This document shows, one piece after another, positions 21,586 through 31,935 of a DNA stretch of 64,000 nucleotides (positions are counted from its first letter, which is position 1; every line of letters starts with the position of its first letter). The notes under the pieces were generated by a model. The model did not search any database. It saw only the letters and a program-made list of their open reading frames with translations, and was not told the origin of the DNA. The position numbers were made by a program, and so were the translations under genes. The stretch covers positions 68,249-132,248 of the forward strand of contig CAVQJT010000010.1 of assembly GCA_963712885.1 (NCBI GenBank), given 5' to 3'. The DNA comes from Calditrichia bacterium. Its GTDB lineage: Bacteria > Calditrichota > Calditrichia > JAJRVZ01.

Positions 21586-22170
21586 TTATCTGTCGCCCGT
21601 GGCCACGCTGATAACACTTAAAATTTCATTCTTCCCCTCCCGTGTCTTTGAAGAGAAAGGAATCATTGGAATCGGCGAAAATGCGTTCCTGAAAACAGCA
21701 TATCTTTGAGCGAACTGGTTATTAGACAATTTATCTCTTTTCGTTAGGATGATCTGAAAAGGCCGGGCATATGTTTGCAGCCATTCGATCATCTGATAAT
21801 CAATTTCCTGCGGATCATGTCTGCAATCGATCAACAGGAAAATAAGTTTCAGGTATTCACTTCCTCGAAGATAACTTTCAATTAACGCGGGCCAATGACG
21901 GGTTGCCGAAGCAGAAATCTTTTTATAACCATACCCTGGCAGATCAACCAGATAGATATGATCTGAGATAACAAAAAAATTAATATACCGTGTTTTTCCG
22001 GGAACGGAACTTACTTTGGCGATATTTTTTCGGTTGAATAATGTGTTGATAAATGTTGATTTTCCAACATTTGATCTGCCGATCACCGCTATTTCAGGCA
22101 GTTTGATTTCCGGTATCTGACTGATATGGGCGACACTCTTCAGGAACCGAATACTGGTTAGTCGCATCAT
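21586..22170 (-). CDS. engB: Ribosome-biogenesis GTPase YihA/EngB.
   Basis: GRSNVGKSTFINTL G1 motif, DLPGYGY G3 motif, TKRDK G4 motif. Confidence 0.9.
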   Translation of the reverse strand: MMRLTSIRFLKSVAHISQIPEIKLPEIAVIGRSNVGKSTFINTLFNRKNIAKVSSVPGKTRYINFFVISDHIYLVDLPGYGYKKISASATRHWPALIESYLRGSEYLKLIFLLIDCRHDPQEIDYQMIEWLQTYARPFQIILTKRDKLSNNQFAQRYAVFRNAFSPIPMIPFSSKTREGKNEILSVISVATGDR

Positions 22171-22197
22171 CTCGGAAAGCGCTCGATCACTCCATGA

Positions 22198-22521
22198 TCA
22201 CATATGTTTTTCAAGACGCGATGCGATCATGGATTTTGGAACGGCACCAACCATCTGTTCAACCACTTCTCCGTTCTTAAATACAAGCAGCGTTGGAATT
22301 GACCGAATACTGTATTTTATTGCGGTCTGAGGATTGCTGTCAACATCGACCTTGGCAACTTTAAGTTTGCCTTCATGTTCTGCTGCCAATTCTTCTACAA
22401 TCGGTGCGATCATTCGACACGGTGCGCACCAGACAGCCCAAAAATCCACAAGAACTGGAACTTCTGAGCCAAGGACTTCCGTCTCAAAAGTCGAATCTGT
22501 CGCTTCAATATACTTACCCAT
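22198..22521 (-). CDS. trxA: Thioredoxin.
   Basis: WCAPCR active site; 107 aa. Confidence 0.95.
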   Translation of the reverse strand: MGKYIEATDSTFETEVLGSEVPVLVDFWAVWCAPCRMIAPIVEELAAEHEGKLKVAKVDVDSNPQTAIKYSIRSIPTLLVFKNGEVVEQMVGAVPKSMIASRLEKHM

Positions 22522-22742
22522 TAAAACCTCCTGCCAAAGTATTAATCATTTGTAAAGTCATAAAATATAACCAGCAATCGTGAATTCTTCAAATCGAAAA
22601 CATGTGGATTTTTTTAATAAATCAGGTATAAAGAAATATAATATCAATAAGTTATACCGGATAAAACTATTTCGCTCAGCCCTCGATACCAATAGTTTTA
22701 TGCACATAATCTATTTTTTAGGAATTATAATAAAATTAAAGG

Positions 22743-23171
22743 TCAATCTCCGTTACCCAAACGCAATATTTCGATACGGACCTCCGCTACCCCGTCTCCT
22801 ATCATATCAATTTCTCTGGCTGCGCCGTATGACAGATCCAGGATTCTGCCTTCTTTAAAAGGGCCCCTGTCGTTTACCCGCACAATCACAGACCGGTTAT
22901 TTGATTTATTAGTGACTTTCAGCATTGTCTCAAATGGCAGTTCACGATGGGCAGCGGTCTTCTTGTACATATCGAAAACTTCACCATTGGCCGTTTTACG
23001 GCCATGAAATTTTTTCCCATAATACGAGGCGTTTCCTTCCAGCACTTTGGCTTGTCGAAAGTTTTTCTGGGATCTCAGGACCGGCCGGTCATCTTCGGCG
23101 GCGTAGCGCACCGATGGGGAGCAATTCAACTGAAACAAACAAATAATAGGCGCTAATCTAAAGTAGGACAT
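22743..23171 (-). CDS. rlpA: RlpA-like septal-ring lytic transglycosylase (double-psi beta-barrel domain).
   Basis: ASYYGKKFHGRKTANGEVFD...AAHRELPF...VRVNDRGPF is the DPBB signature. Start moved to an internal Met with a signal peptide. Confidence 0.7.
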   Translation of the reverse strand: MSYFRLAPIICLFQLNCSPSVRYAAEDDRPVLRSQKNFRQAKVLEGNASYYGKKFHGRKTANGEVFDMYKKTAAHRELPFETMLKVTNKSNNRSVIVRVNDRGPFKEGRILDLSYGAAREIDMIGDGVAEVRIEILRLGNGD

Positions 23172-23193
23172 TAAATTTGTTTGCAATAATGCG

Positions 23194-25233
23194 TTATTCT
23201 TTGGTTGCGCCTGAATCTTCCTGTGCCGGCTCCGGGTCATTACGCAAATTTTCCCGTTCAATTTTTTCTAATCTGTCATTAAATTCTACATCGATGGATG
23301 TCTTTATGCTGTCAGTATCAAGACTGTCACCACTTACCTGGGATATATCTGAAGAGACCGTATCGATAACAGCCACTGAATCCTGTTTCTCGGGCTCAGG
23401 TGGAGGTGGTTGTATTTTAAGTTTGGCAATTTTCCCGAAAGCCGTGTTCGGATATTCTTTGGCGACTACTTCATAGGCTGCAATCGCACTTTCAATTTCA
23501 TCTAGTTTATGCTCATAAATCCAGGCAATTGAATATCTGGATTTCTCAGCCCAGATGCTGCCTGAATCATTTTCAGCAATCTCCTCAAATAAGGACAAGG
23601 CGTCGGCATAATCTTCATCGAGCATTTGAGTTTCTGCTTCCTGGTACCTGATCTTCACGGAATCCAACGCAGTTTGATCCCCAAGATCTTCTAAGTCCAG
23701 TTTCATTATCTGTCGAGCGTAAGATGTTCCGGCATAATCTTCTAGTATGATTTTTTTTATTGAATCGGCTTTATTTTCGCGATTTAATTCAAAATCGTAA
23801 AGATAATAGAGGGCATAATATGACTTTGGTACCAGCGCCGTATCCTCATAAGTTGCAATGAACCGTTTATAGTTCACTTCAGCACTATCGAAATTTTGCA
23901 TGGATAAAAGAAAGAATTCTGCCAGCGCAAAATTATTTTTTATAAGTGATTGTTTTATTACCTCAGGTTCCCTCTTTTTTACCGGGCGGGATGGTGCATT
24001 GGGTTGCGTTGCGGTAGATATTTGTGTTGAATCTGATATTTCTTCGATAACATTCGGTGCAGCCTCCCCTTCGTCCCCGTTGGCAGTCGCCTGGGATTCG
24101 GCAAGAGAATCAGGATTCAGTTCCTGCAGATCTAATCTGATATTTTCCTTCAGTTTCAGGTATTGCTCAAGGACAACGGCCCTTGGGCCGGCCTTGATAT
24201 TAAGCTCCGAATTCCGGTCCTCCTGCTTAACCCTCAGGTATAATTTGCGGGCAGAATCGTATTCGGCATATGTATGTTCAAGAATTTCAGCCATCCCAAA
24301 GGCAGCTCTGGCAGATCCGGACGTTCGTGGATAGATTCTCATCGTATAATCATACTGCTCCAGCGCCTGATCCAGAGTTCCGTCGTAAACCATACAGTCT
24401 CCTATTTTCGACTGAATCAGGTGCTGGTATTGAAAAAACCGGGTCTCCCTGCCCATGAGTTTTAGTACAAAAAGGGCTTCATCAGGATCATCGAGCTTCA
24501 GAAGCGCATCGATCCTGAGCATTTGTGATTCGAAGATGATACCAATCGGTTCGTCATAATCATATAACAATTTAAGTTGTTCCGCAGCAGGCTCATATTC
24601 TTTTTGTTCAAAATATATCAGACCGATCATGTACCGGGCTCTAGACACCAGCAAGTCATCCTCTGCATATTCTATGCTGGTTTCGAATTTATCAATGGCC
24701 TCTTTCGTTTGTTCCCGTTGATGATACAATTCGCCAAGACTGAACCAGGCTCTTGATCTGAGATCATCATCGGCATCCGAATCGATGATGGCATTCAGAG
24801 ACGCGATGGCCTCATCACCGCGATTTAATTTGACCAGTGATTTCGCCAGCCATAGGTTTCCTTCCGGGACCAGTTCACTCTCCGGATATTTAAGGATCAT
24901 CTGTCGTGCAAACCGTTCTGATTTTGTATACTCCTGCAAATTGAAATGGGACTTGGCAATCAGAAGTAGTGCATCATCGGCATAATTGCTGTCCTCACCA
25001 TAAATATTTATCAGTTTCCAGCATTTATCGATGGCTAATTCAAAGTCTTTGCGAATATCCTGCGGCATTTCGATATTGGTGGATTGATTCAGCCTCGTTA
25101 ACGCCGAATCATATTTTTCCAAAGCATTAAACATGGTATTATAATAAGCACATCCGCCAAATAGAAATAGGCTGATGATAATCAGCACACCACGTTTTAC
25201 ATCCGGAATATTTAGGCGTTTTCTACGATGCAT
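23194..25233 (-). CDS. Large TPR-repeat lipoprotein with an acidic, Pro-rich C-terminal tail.
   Basis: Lipobox (LFGGC), multiple TPR-like helices, PPPPEPE tail. Confidence 0.6.
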   Translation of the reverse strand: MHRRKRLNIPDVKRGVLIIISLFLFGGCAYYNTMFNALEKYDSALTRLNQSTNIEMPQDIRKDFELAIDKCWKLINIYGEDSNYADDALLLIAKSHFNLQEYTKSERFARQMILKYPESELVPEGNLWLAKSLVKLNRGDEAIASLNAIIDSDADDDLRSRAWFSLGELYHQREQTKEAIDKFETSIEYAEDDLLVSRARYMIGLIYFEQKEYEPAAEQLKLLYDYDEPIGIIFESQMLRIDALLKLDDPDEALFVLKLMGRETRFFQYQHLIQSKIGDCMVYDGTLDQALEQYDYTMRIYPRTSGSARAAFGMAEILEHTYAEYDSARKLYLRVKQEDRNSELNIKAGPRAVVLEQYLKLKENIRLDLQELNPDSLAESQATANGDEGEAAPNVIEEISDSTQISTATQPNAPSRPVKKREPEVIKQSLIKNNFALAEFFLLSMQNFDSAEVNYKRFIATYEDTALVPKSYYALYYLYDFELNRENKADSIKKIILEDYAGTSYARQIMKLDLEDLGDQTALDSVKIRYQEAETQMLDEDYADALSLFEEIAENDSGSIWAEKSRYSIAWIYEHKLDEIESAIAAYEVVAKEYPNTAFGKIAKLKIQPPPPEPEKQDSVAVIDTVSSDISQVSGDSLDTDSIKTSIDVEFNDRLEKIERENLRNDPEPAQEDSGATKE

Positions 25234-25272
25234 GTTCCTTTAACGCTGCTATACGAAAACGGTTCAGTAGCC

Positions 25273-26004
25273 TCAACGATTCATAAAAAATTTATCAAGA
25301 AGGATCGCCATCTGGGGTAATATCTTTCCCGTAGATCCGCGGAGTGATTCATTGGCATGGATAGACAAAGGGGTTTCTTCGATATTGATCTCCATAAGAT
25401 ATGCGCCGTTCGCTTTAGCCAGATAAGGAAGAGAGGCGGCGGGTTCGACAACCGATGATGTACCAATTGAGAAAAAGACCTCGCAGACTGCGGCGGCTTC
25501 CTGCGCTTTTTTGAGTATCTGGTCCCCTAAATTTTCGCCATACAGTACGACATCGGGACGAATCGGTTCAGCACATTTTTCGCAATTTGTTCTGCTTTCA
25601 TCAGGATCCTGAAGGTTACCGCATTTGGTGCATCTGTCCCGGTAAATATTTCCATGGAGTTCGATTATATTTTTTGAACCGGCCTTGCGGTGCAGATCAT
25701 CTATATTTTGTGTGATCAGCGTAAAATCTTCAAAATGGCGCTCGATATCAACCAGTGCGAAATGACCAAGATTGGGTTCAATCTGTTTCAGTTTTGCACG
25801 GCGATCGTTATAAAACTGCCAAAATTCAGCAGGATTGTTATTCATTGTGTCGGATGTTGCCAGCTCTTCGACTTTTTTATTTTTCCAGATGCCATCCTTG
25901 CCGCGAAAGGTTGGGACTCCGCTCTCAGCAGAAATACCGGCACCGGTTAAAACCGCAATTGACGATGCATTCCGTAGTCGAATAAACAATTTTTCTGAAA
26001 ACAT
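25273..26004 (-). CDS. cobB: NAD-dependent protein deacylase (Sir2/CobB family).
   Basis: GAGISAESGVPTFRG, Zn-binding CxxC...CxxC, FGE motif. Confidence 0.9.
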   Translation of the reverse strand: MFSEKLFIRLRNASSIAVLTGAGISAESGVPTFRGKDGIWKNKKVEELATSDTMNNNPAEFWQFYNDRRAKLKQIEPNLGHFALVDIERHFEDFTLITQNIDDLHRKAGSKNIIELHGNIYRDRCTKCGNLQDPDESRTNCEKCAEPIRPDVVLYGENLGDQILKKAQEAAAVCEVFFSIGTSSVVEPAASLPYLAKANGAYLMEINIEETPLSIHANESLRGSTGKILPQMAILLDKFFMNR

Positions 26005-26067
26005 TACTACTCTTTTACTTGTTGAAAAATATGAAGTTAACCTTTCATGATACGGATGTCAATATCT

Positions 26068-26838
26068 TTATCTTGGAATATCGTTTAAAGACCAGTCATA
26101 GTCGGTAAACGACAATTCATACGTATACCATTCCGGGTCGAATTTATCCCTATAATACATTTTTATATAATCAAGTAACTGTGGATTTTCTATTTTCCGG
26201 CTGTTTTTAAGCCAATCCAAAAAATCATCTTCATACCAGTCAAAAATCGAACTTAGTTCAATCCGTCGATTTCCACTGTCGACACTGAAATTTTCTTTGG
26301 CATTGATAAAATCACCGGTACCTTCATCAAGTTGTTCATCGAGATTTTCTGGCCGAAATGCCTCCTTTCGCAAGGGCGGACAGCTGTAAGATGCGCAATT
26401 TATGGCAAAATGTATGCGCGGATCATTAAACCGATTACGAATAATATCATCTTCCAGTTTTTTAAAAGAAATTTGAGTACCACCGATCAAATTTTCACTC
26501 AACCAGACGGTGAAACCGATGAAATTGATGTCTTTTATGCTCTCTACCGGATAGTTGTCAATAATTTTTTTTAAAATAAAGGCATTGTATGTATTAATCC
26601 AATAGGCCAGCCGGTCATTTCGATTTGGGAATAGTTCCGGGTTAGAGTCGGGAGAAATCAACCCGAGCTGCTGAGTAAAATCATCCAGCACCGCTCGTGT
26701 GTTTATCAAGGATTGGTAATCCACCTCATTACCAACAACAAATTTCGCAAGCATTTGATCATAAGGGGCATAGTCTATCTGGGCAAAACCGGAAGATAAC
26801 AGGTAAAAAAGTGAAATAAGTGCAAAAGATCGTATCAT
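26068..26838 (-). CDS. Secreted DUF547-domain protein.
   Basis: HFAINCASYSCPPL is the hallmark of DUF547. Signal peptide. Confidence 0.6.
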   Translation of the reverse strand: MIRSFALISLFYLLSSGFAQIDYAPYDQMLAKFVVGNEVDYQSLINTRAVLDDFTQQLGLISPDSNPELFPNRNDRLAYWINTYNAFILKKIIDNYPVESIKDINFIGFTVWLSENLIGGTQISFKKLEDDIIRNRFNDPRIHFAINCASYSCPPLRKEAFRPENLDEQLDEGTGDFINAKENFSVDSGNRRIELSSIFDWYEDDFLDWLKNSRKIENPQLLDYIKMYYRDKFDPEWYTYELSFTDYDWSLNDIPR

Positions 26839-26862
26839 TTAAATTCCTGTCTTTTATCCATA

Positions 26863-27967
26863 TTAAACGGTCTTTTTCATAGAAAATGTCGTTTTTCTAT
26901 CAAAAAAATGAACTTTGAGCATATTGATGTACAGGGTGACCTCCTGGCCTACTTCCGGAGTCCAAACAGATTCGCTCCGCATAATAAAATTCTGTTCATG
27001 CCCTTTAAGGTATACGATCAATTCATTCCCCATGGGTTCGACAACTTCAATTATGGCCTTCATCTCGCAGGAGGGGCCATTTGGGGGCGGCTGCAGCAGA
27101 AAGTGTTCCGGGCGGACACCGAGTGTGACTTCCCGGTTGGTGAGATCCGTAAACATGTCTGCCACTGAATCCTGGATATTGAATTTGAAATCCGTCGTCT
27201 GAAATTTCAGACCACCGTTTTTTTGTACAATACCATCAAAAAAGTTCATGGCAGGACTTCCGATAAAACCAGCGACAAACTTGTTCTGAGGTTCATTATA
27301 AAGCGTGAGTGGTTTATCAACCTGCTGGATGACGCCATCCTTCATGACGGTTATCCGGTCACCCATGGTCATTGCTTCAACCTGATCATGGGTGACATAG
27401 ATCATGGTCGTTGCTAAATGTTGATGTAGTTTACTGATTTCTATGCGCATCTGGACCCGAAGTTTTGCATCCAGATTAGAAAGGGGTTCATCAAAGAGAA
27501 ATACTTTCGGTTTTCGTACGATCGCCCGACCAACAGCGACACGCTGCCTTTGCCCGCCGGAAAGTGCTTTAGGACGCCGATCAAGATAATCTGTTAAGTC
27601 CCAGGATTTCAGAGGCTTCATGTACACGCACCTTTATTTCTTCACGTGGATATTTTCGAAGTTTCAAACCAAAAGCCATATTATCATAGACCGTCATATG
27701 TGGATATAGCGCATAATTCTGGAAGACCATGGCAATATCGCGGTCCTTTGGTGGAACGTCGTTGACCCGGCGGTCATCGATAATAATCTCCCCCCCACTG
27801 ATTTCTTCAAGACCGGCGATCATTCTCAGGGTGGTAGACTTTCCGCAACCCGACGGGCCTACCAGCACCATAAACTCCTTATCCGCAATGTGCAGGTTAA
27901 TATCTTTGACAACCTTATTCCCTTTGTCAAATATTTTAGACAAATCTTTGAGTATAACCTGTGCCAT
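26863..27967 (-). CDS. Sugar ABC transporter ATP-binding protein (MalK/UgpC type), frameshifted near 27600.
   Basis: Walker A (GPSGCGKST) and Q-loop in ORF 27581..27967. Signature LSGGQRQR, Walker B and MalK-type C-terminal regulatory domain in ORF 26863..27627. Confidence 0.75.
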
Positions 27968-27988
27968 TTTAAAATTTCCTTACATCAG

Positions 27989-28942
27989 TTAGAAGATATC
28001 TATAAGCTGCGGAATGATGAGCAGGATCATGGACAATATCAAACAGATAAACCCCAGTTTGATATATACCAGTGAAATACCCTTTGCCTTTCCGCTCTGA
28101 TTGAAAAGATCACGTATGCGTAAGAATATACTGCTACCGATGGTATAGAATAATGCCAAAATTGTTAGTGAAATCAGAATCCAACCCAAAAATCCATAGT
28201 CCCAGGACAGTAATTGTGTTCTTGTGCGAATCGATGTGTTCCAGTCAATCATTTGCCCAGGAATAAAAGTTGCATATAGTAGAATTGAAAAATAGCTCAC
28301 ACTAAACATGATCCAATATTGACGGAGACTGTAGCTGGAACGACGCAGAATAAAGAAAAAAAAGGCGCCCGAACAGAGAAGCATAGTGATTGCAAGCAGT
28401 CCCATCATCGCACCCGGGGATATACCACTCAAATCGTGCTGAATTTGCAATGACCAACTGTTCAGATTAAAGATTTGCTTCAGGCCCAGAATGAATAATC
28501 CCATTGATATAAATAAGACGATAAGCGTCAGATTTCGACTGAAATTTAGAACGGAGACACGATAGTTATCCCGTTCAGAGTCTTTTAAAAATCTCCACAA
28601 ACGAAAAAAATAGGCAAAAAACAGTCCCAAAATAACCGCAATTATGTTGAAAATATTAAAATAAATGAGATATCCCGCAGAAATTCCGGCGCGAACCAGT
28701 AATCCGGGCATAATCAGGGCGGAAATGGTTGAAGCAAGCATATAGAATATAAATAGAATGCCTAAAAGTACCAGGTATATCCGATATTTCAAACTTCCCT
28801 TGGCTTGTTGGGTTTTAAGCACCTGTGGTCGTCCGGTCCTGGCCTCCAGCGTTTTACGCTCTATGATATATATTCTCGACAGCAGGACATACAGAAGAAC
28901 CAGGCTCCAAAAGACCGAAAAAACAAAATATTCATGTATCAA
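27989..28942 (-). CDS. Polytopic membrane protein, unknown function.
   Basis: About 8 hydrophobic segments; no recognisable motif. Confidence 0.45.
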   Translation of the reverse strand: MIHEYFVFSVFWSLVLLYVLLSRIYIIERKTLEARTGRPQVLKTQQAKGSLKYRIYLVLLGILFIFYMLASTISALIMPGLLVRAGISAGYLIYFNIFNIIAVILGLFFAYFFRLWRFLKDSERDNYRVSVLNFSRNLTLIVLFISMGLFILGLKQIFNLNSWSLQIQHDLSGISPGAMMGLLAITMLLCSGAFFFFILRRSSYSLRQYWIMFSVSYFSILLYATFIPGQMIDWNTSIRTRTQLLSWDYGFLGWILISLTILALFYTIGSSIFLRIRDLFNQSGKAKGISLVYIKLGFICLILSMILLIIPQLIDIF

Positions 28943-28974
28943 ATATTTCCCCCAGCAATTGCTGCAGGTTCAAT

Positions 28975-29649
28975 TTATTTTGAAAGCAATGTCAATTGTA
29001 TTTCAGCATCCCGTGATGATTTTGGAGATTTCGCATGCTCTTTGAGATGTTCAAAAATCCGGCGTGCAGCATCGGTATCACCCGCTTTATTATAACATAG
29101 GCCGCTGAGATAGGCATAATTGTCTGATTCTGTATAATCAGGCGCTTGTTTTGACGCTTTTTCATATAATTTGGCCGCCTCCTCAAATTCTTTCTTCACT
29201 TCAAGACATGCTGCCAGACCGGCATATCCGGACGCCAGGAGAATATCACTACCGGAATACGAATCGGTGAATTCCCGGAAATAGCGCTCGGCATTTTCGT
29301 AATCCTGTTCATTATAATATATATTTGCCAGGATCAGGCGGCCCTGTTCCGCTTCATCCGTATTTCCAAAATTCTCAATCAGTCGTTGCAATCGTGTGCG
29401 GGCTTTATCAAAATTTTCGTTATTGTATTCGATTTGGGCTATGCCCAGTTGCCCCTGGGCCTCTTTTTCACTTTCGCCGGAGAACTGACCATATACGATT
29501 AAAAGTACTATTCCGGCAAAAACCGAGAGTACGACGGTCATTACCTGCTTATAATTTTGATCAACATAGTTTTTGACCTGCAGGGTTGTTTTTACAAATT
29601 TATCTTCCTTGAGTTCATGTTTGGTCAATTTCTTTTTTGGTTTGAGCAT
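28975..29649 (-). CDS. Membrane-anchored TPR protein (YfgM-like architecture).
   Basis: N-terminal TM helix followed by TPR repeats. Confidence 0.5.
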   Translation of the reverse strand: MLKPKKKLTKHELKEDKFVKTTLQVKNYVDQNYKQVMTVVLSVFAGIVLLIVYGQFSGESEKEAQGQLGIAQIEYNNENFDKARTRLQRLIENFGNTDEAEQGRLILANIYYNEQDYENAERYFREFTDSYSGSDILLASGYAGLAACLEVKKEFEEAAKLYEKASKQAPDYTESDNYAYLSGLCYNKAGDTDAARRIFEHLKEHAKSPKSSRDAEIQLTLLSK

Positions 29650-29750
29650 TGTGTCACCTATTCCTGTTTCGATGATTGGTTCCGATTGGTTCGATATAAA
29701 TTATTAATTTATAAAAACTATGATTTTGAAACAAGACAAGCGAATCAACC

Positions 29751-30627
29751 TTACAGTATGGATTTATCCTTCAGCAGTTTTTCCAGATACTGCCTGAAAG
29801 ATTTTCCCAGATCCTTTCTATGCAAAGCAAACTCTACGTTTGTTTTGAGAAAGTCAATTTTTTCTCCGAGATCAAACCGCTTTCCCTCGATTAATCTGCC
29901 AGATATTGCTTCCCTTCTCAGGAGATTCTGCAAAGCATCGGTCAATTGAAGTTCTCCGTGTGCATCCGGCTTGGTCTGATCAATTGATTTAAAAATTTCC
30001 GGTGTTAATATATACCGACCTGCGATAGCTGAAATTCGATGGGCTTTCACTTTTTTTGGGTTTTTCGATCAATTCGCTTACGCGCCATAATGTATCGCCA
30101 ATACGTTCACCGCCGATGATGCCAAAACGACCAAATCTTTCCGTTGTGACTTCTTCAAGTGCTACGATGCTATGTTTATACTGTTCATAGATGTCAATCA
30201 ACTGCTGGGTCACCGGAATAACCGATTGAATGAGTGTATCTCCCAGAAGTACCGCGAACGGTTCGTTACCAATGTGATGCCGGGCATAAGAAATCGCAGC
30301 ACCGAGACCGGTCTGTTCACGCTGCCGGATAAAATGAATATTCGCCATATCGGCGATTCGGCGCATTTCATTATAAGTATTCATGAGTTTGGATTGCCGG
30401 AGCATCGCCTCCAGATCCGGACTCCGGTCAAAATGATCTTCAATGGCCCGTTTGCCTCTGCCAATGATGATCAGAATATCCTCTATGCCGGAATCCACGG
30501 CTTCTTCCACAACATATTGAATAGCGGGCTTATCGATGATCGGAAGCATTTCTTTGGGCTGGGCTTTTGTAGCTGGCAGAAACCTTGTACCAAGCCCCGC
30601 AGCCGGTATAACCGCTTTTCGCACCAT
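29751..30627 (-). CDS. galU: UTP--glucose-1-phosphate uridylyltransferase, frameshifted near 30040.
   Basis: AVIPAAGLGTRFLPATKAQPKEMLPIIDKP in ORF 29989..30627; the C-terminal part is in ORF 29751..30050. Confidence 0.8.
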
Positions 30628-30789
30628 AATCTTACGCCTTTATTTATAATGATTGAATTTTCCGCTGGTCCATCGGTAATCAGGGATAAGAAATTGAGTA
30701 AGCAGTAGGCCGCGCCTTCGGCGGGCAAGCATTAGGCAGGAAACTTGGATGGGTTGAATTAAGATGCAAGATTATGTAAATTAAAAACT

Positions 30790-30905
30790 TATATTATCCT
30801 AATTCCTAATTCCTAATTCCTAATTCCTAATTCCTAATTCCTAATTCCTAATTCCTAATTCCTAATTCCTAATTCCTAATTCCTAATTCCTAATTCCTAA
30901 TTACC
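30790..30905. repeat. Perfect tandem heptanucleotide microsatellite, (TAATTCC) x about 17.
   Basis: Read directly in the intergenic region between the GHMP-kinase gene and galU. Confidence 0.95.
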
Positions 30906-30927
30906 AATCTCTAATCCCATCCCCAAT

Positions 30928-31923
30928 TTACATCACGTATGGCTTTATCACTCTTGCTTTTAACTTTTTAAGGGTGACGAACAGGTGGTTTAGCATTTCA
31001 TCATTTTTAAAGATCCCGATGATCGACCCCCCCGATCCGCAGAACTTAGCAGAAGCACCGCATGATCTTGCGGCTTCAACCAGGGAGAGATTCTCAGAAC
31101 TGATTGTCATGATCTTTTTTCTTATATCAAAATTTTCATTGATCAAGGCATCCAATATTTCATAACGCCGGTTGACCAGGGCATCCCTGCCTTCCTGTGC
31201 AATAGTGGCAATACGCTCCAGACTGGAGATAACTTCCTGATCTCCCTTTTCAAAACGCATACGCAGATCATTCAGGACAAAACCGGAAACTTTGCTCAGA
31301 TCGGTTCGATAGGCAATATAGAGATTAGGCAGCAAACCCGGATCTATTGGTTCATACCGGCCATGTCCCTTTTCTTCCATCATGCTGCGTCCGAAATCCA
31401 TAAACACACAACCTTCATAAACCTGGATCACCCGGTCCTGAAGTCCGGCATTTATGCCCAATTCCTCGCTTTCGGCTGCCAGTATCAGGGAAGGCAATAT
31501 TTCACGTGGGATATCAATGTGAAAGAACAGGGCTAAGGCGCGCATCGTAGCTGTTATGATCGCACTCGAGCCCGCCAGTCCAACCTGTCGCGGTATATTT
31601 GAATTATAGCGGACGGTAAAATTATTACTCTCCAGTTTAAGGCCGTTCCTGACCGTATATTCATAGAATTTTTTTATCGCTGCTTTGATCAGGCGGTCTC
31701 CGCCATAATAACTATGCAATTCGATCGAATCAATCAGTTCATGAATACTGCGGTATTGATTTTGATCCTGGACCTGAGGCTCAATTCGCAGCTCCGGTGA
31801 AGCGTACAGTGAAATTTGTGCGCCAAAATTACGCACGCTGATGGATATGGTCTTACCAAAATAACCGTCCGAAGGATTTCCAAGCAATCCGGCACGGGCA
31901 AAGGAGCGCGTTTCAATAATCAT
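30928..31923 (-). CDS. GHMP-family sugar kinase (anomeric sugar-1-kinase-like; possibly glucuronokinase/galactokinase-like).
   Basis: GHMP motif NIPRQVGLAGSSA, C-terminal GSGGS motif. N-terminal RSFARAGLLGNPSDGYFG resembles sugar-1-kinase members. Confidence 0.6.
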   Translation of the reverse strand: MIIETRSFARAGLLGNPSDGYFGKTISISVRNFGAQISLYASPELRIEPQVQDQNQYRSIHELIDSIELHSYYGGDRLIKAAIKKFYEYTVRNGLKLESNNFTVRYNSNIPRQVGLAGSSAIITATMRALALFFHIDIPREILPSLILAAESEELGINAGLQDRVIQVYEGCVFMDFGRSMMEEKGHGRYEPIDPGLLPNLYIAYRTDLSKVSGFVLNDLRMRFEKGDQEVISSLERIATIAQEGRDALVNRRYEILDALINENFDIRKKIMTISSENLSLVEAARSCGASAKFCGSGGSIIGIFKNDEMLNHLFVTLKKLKARVIKPYVM

Positions 31924-31935
31924 AGGCTGTGGTCT

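Noticed and set aside
22743-23261. The full 172-aa ORF as the rlpA start.
   Set aside because: The upstream 30 codons (MNGKICVMTRSRHRKIQAQ...) lack a signal peptide. The internal Met at 23171 gives a proper signal and DPBB domain, and leaves an intergenic gap to the TPR gene.
23900-24334. A 144-aa ORF antisense to the TPR gene, and many other antisense ORFs of 60-190 aa inside large genes (e.g. 1615..1878, 33928..34491, 46319..46780, 56407..56985).
   Set aside because: They are fully embedded antisense in genes with strong homology support. Their compositions mirror the sense codons and they have no RBS. Treated as spurious.
30790-30905. Could the regular 7-bp array be a CRISPR array?
   Set aside because: The units are 7 bp with no spacers and no cas genes nearby; it is a simple microsatellite.
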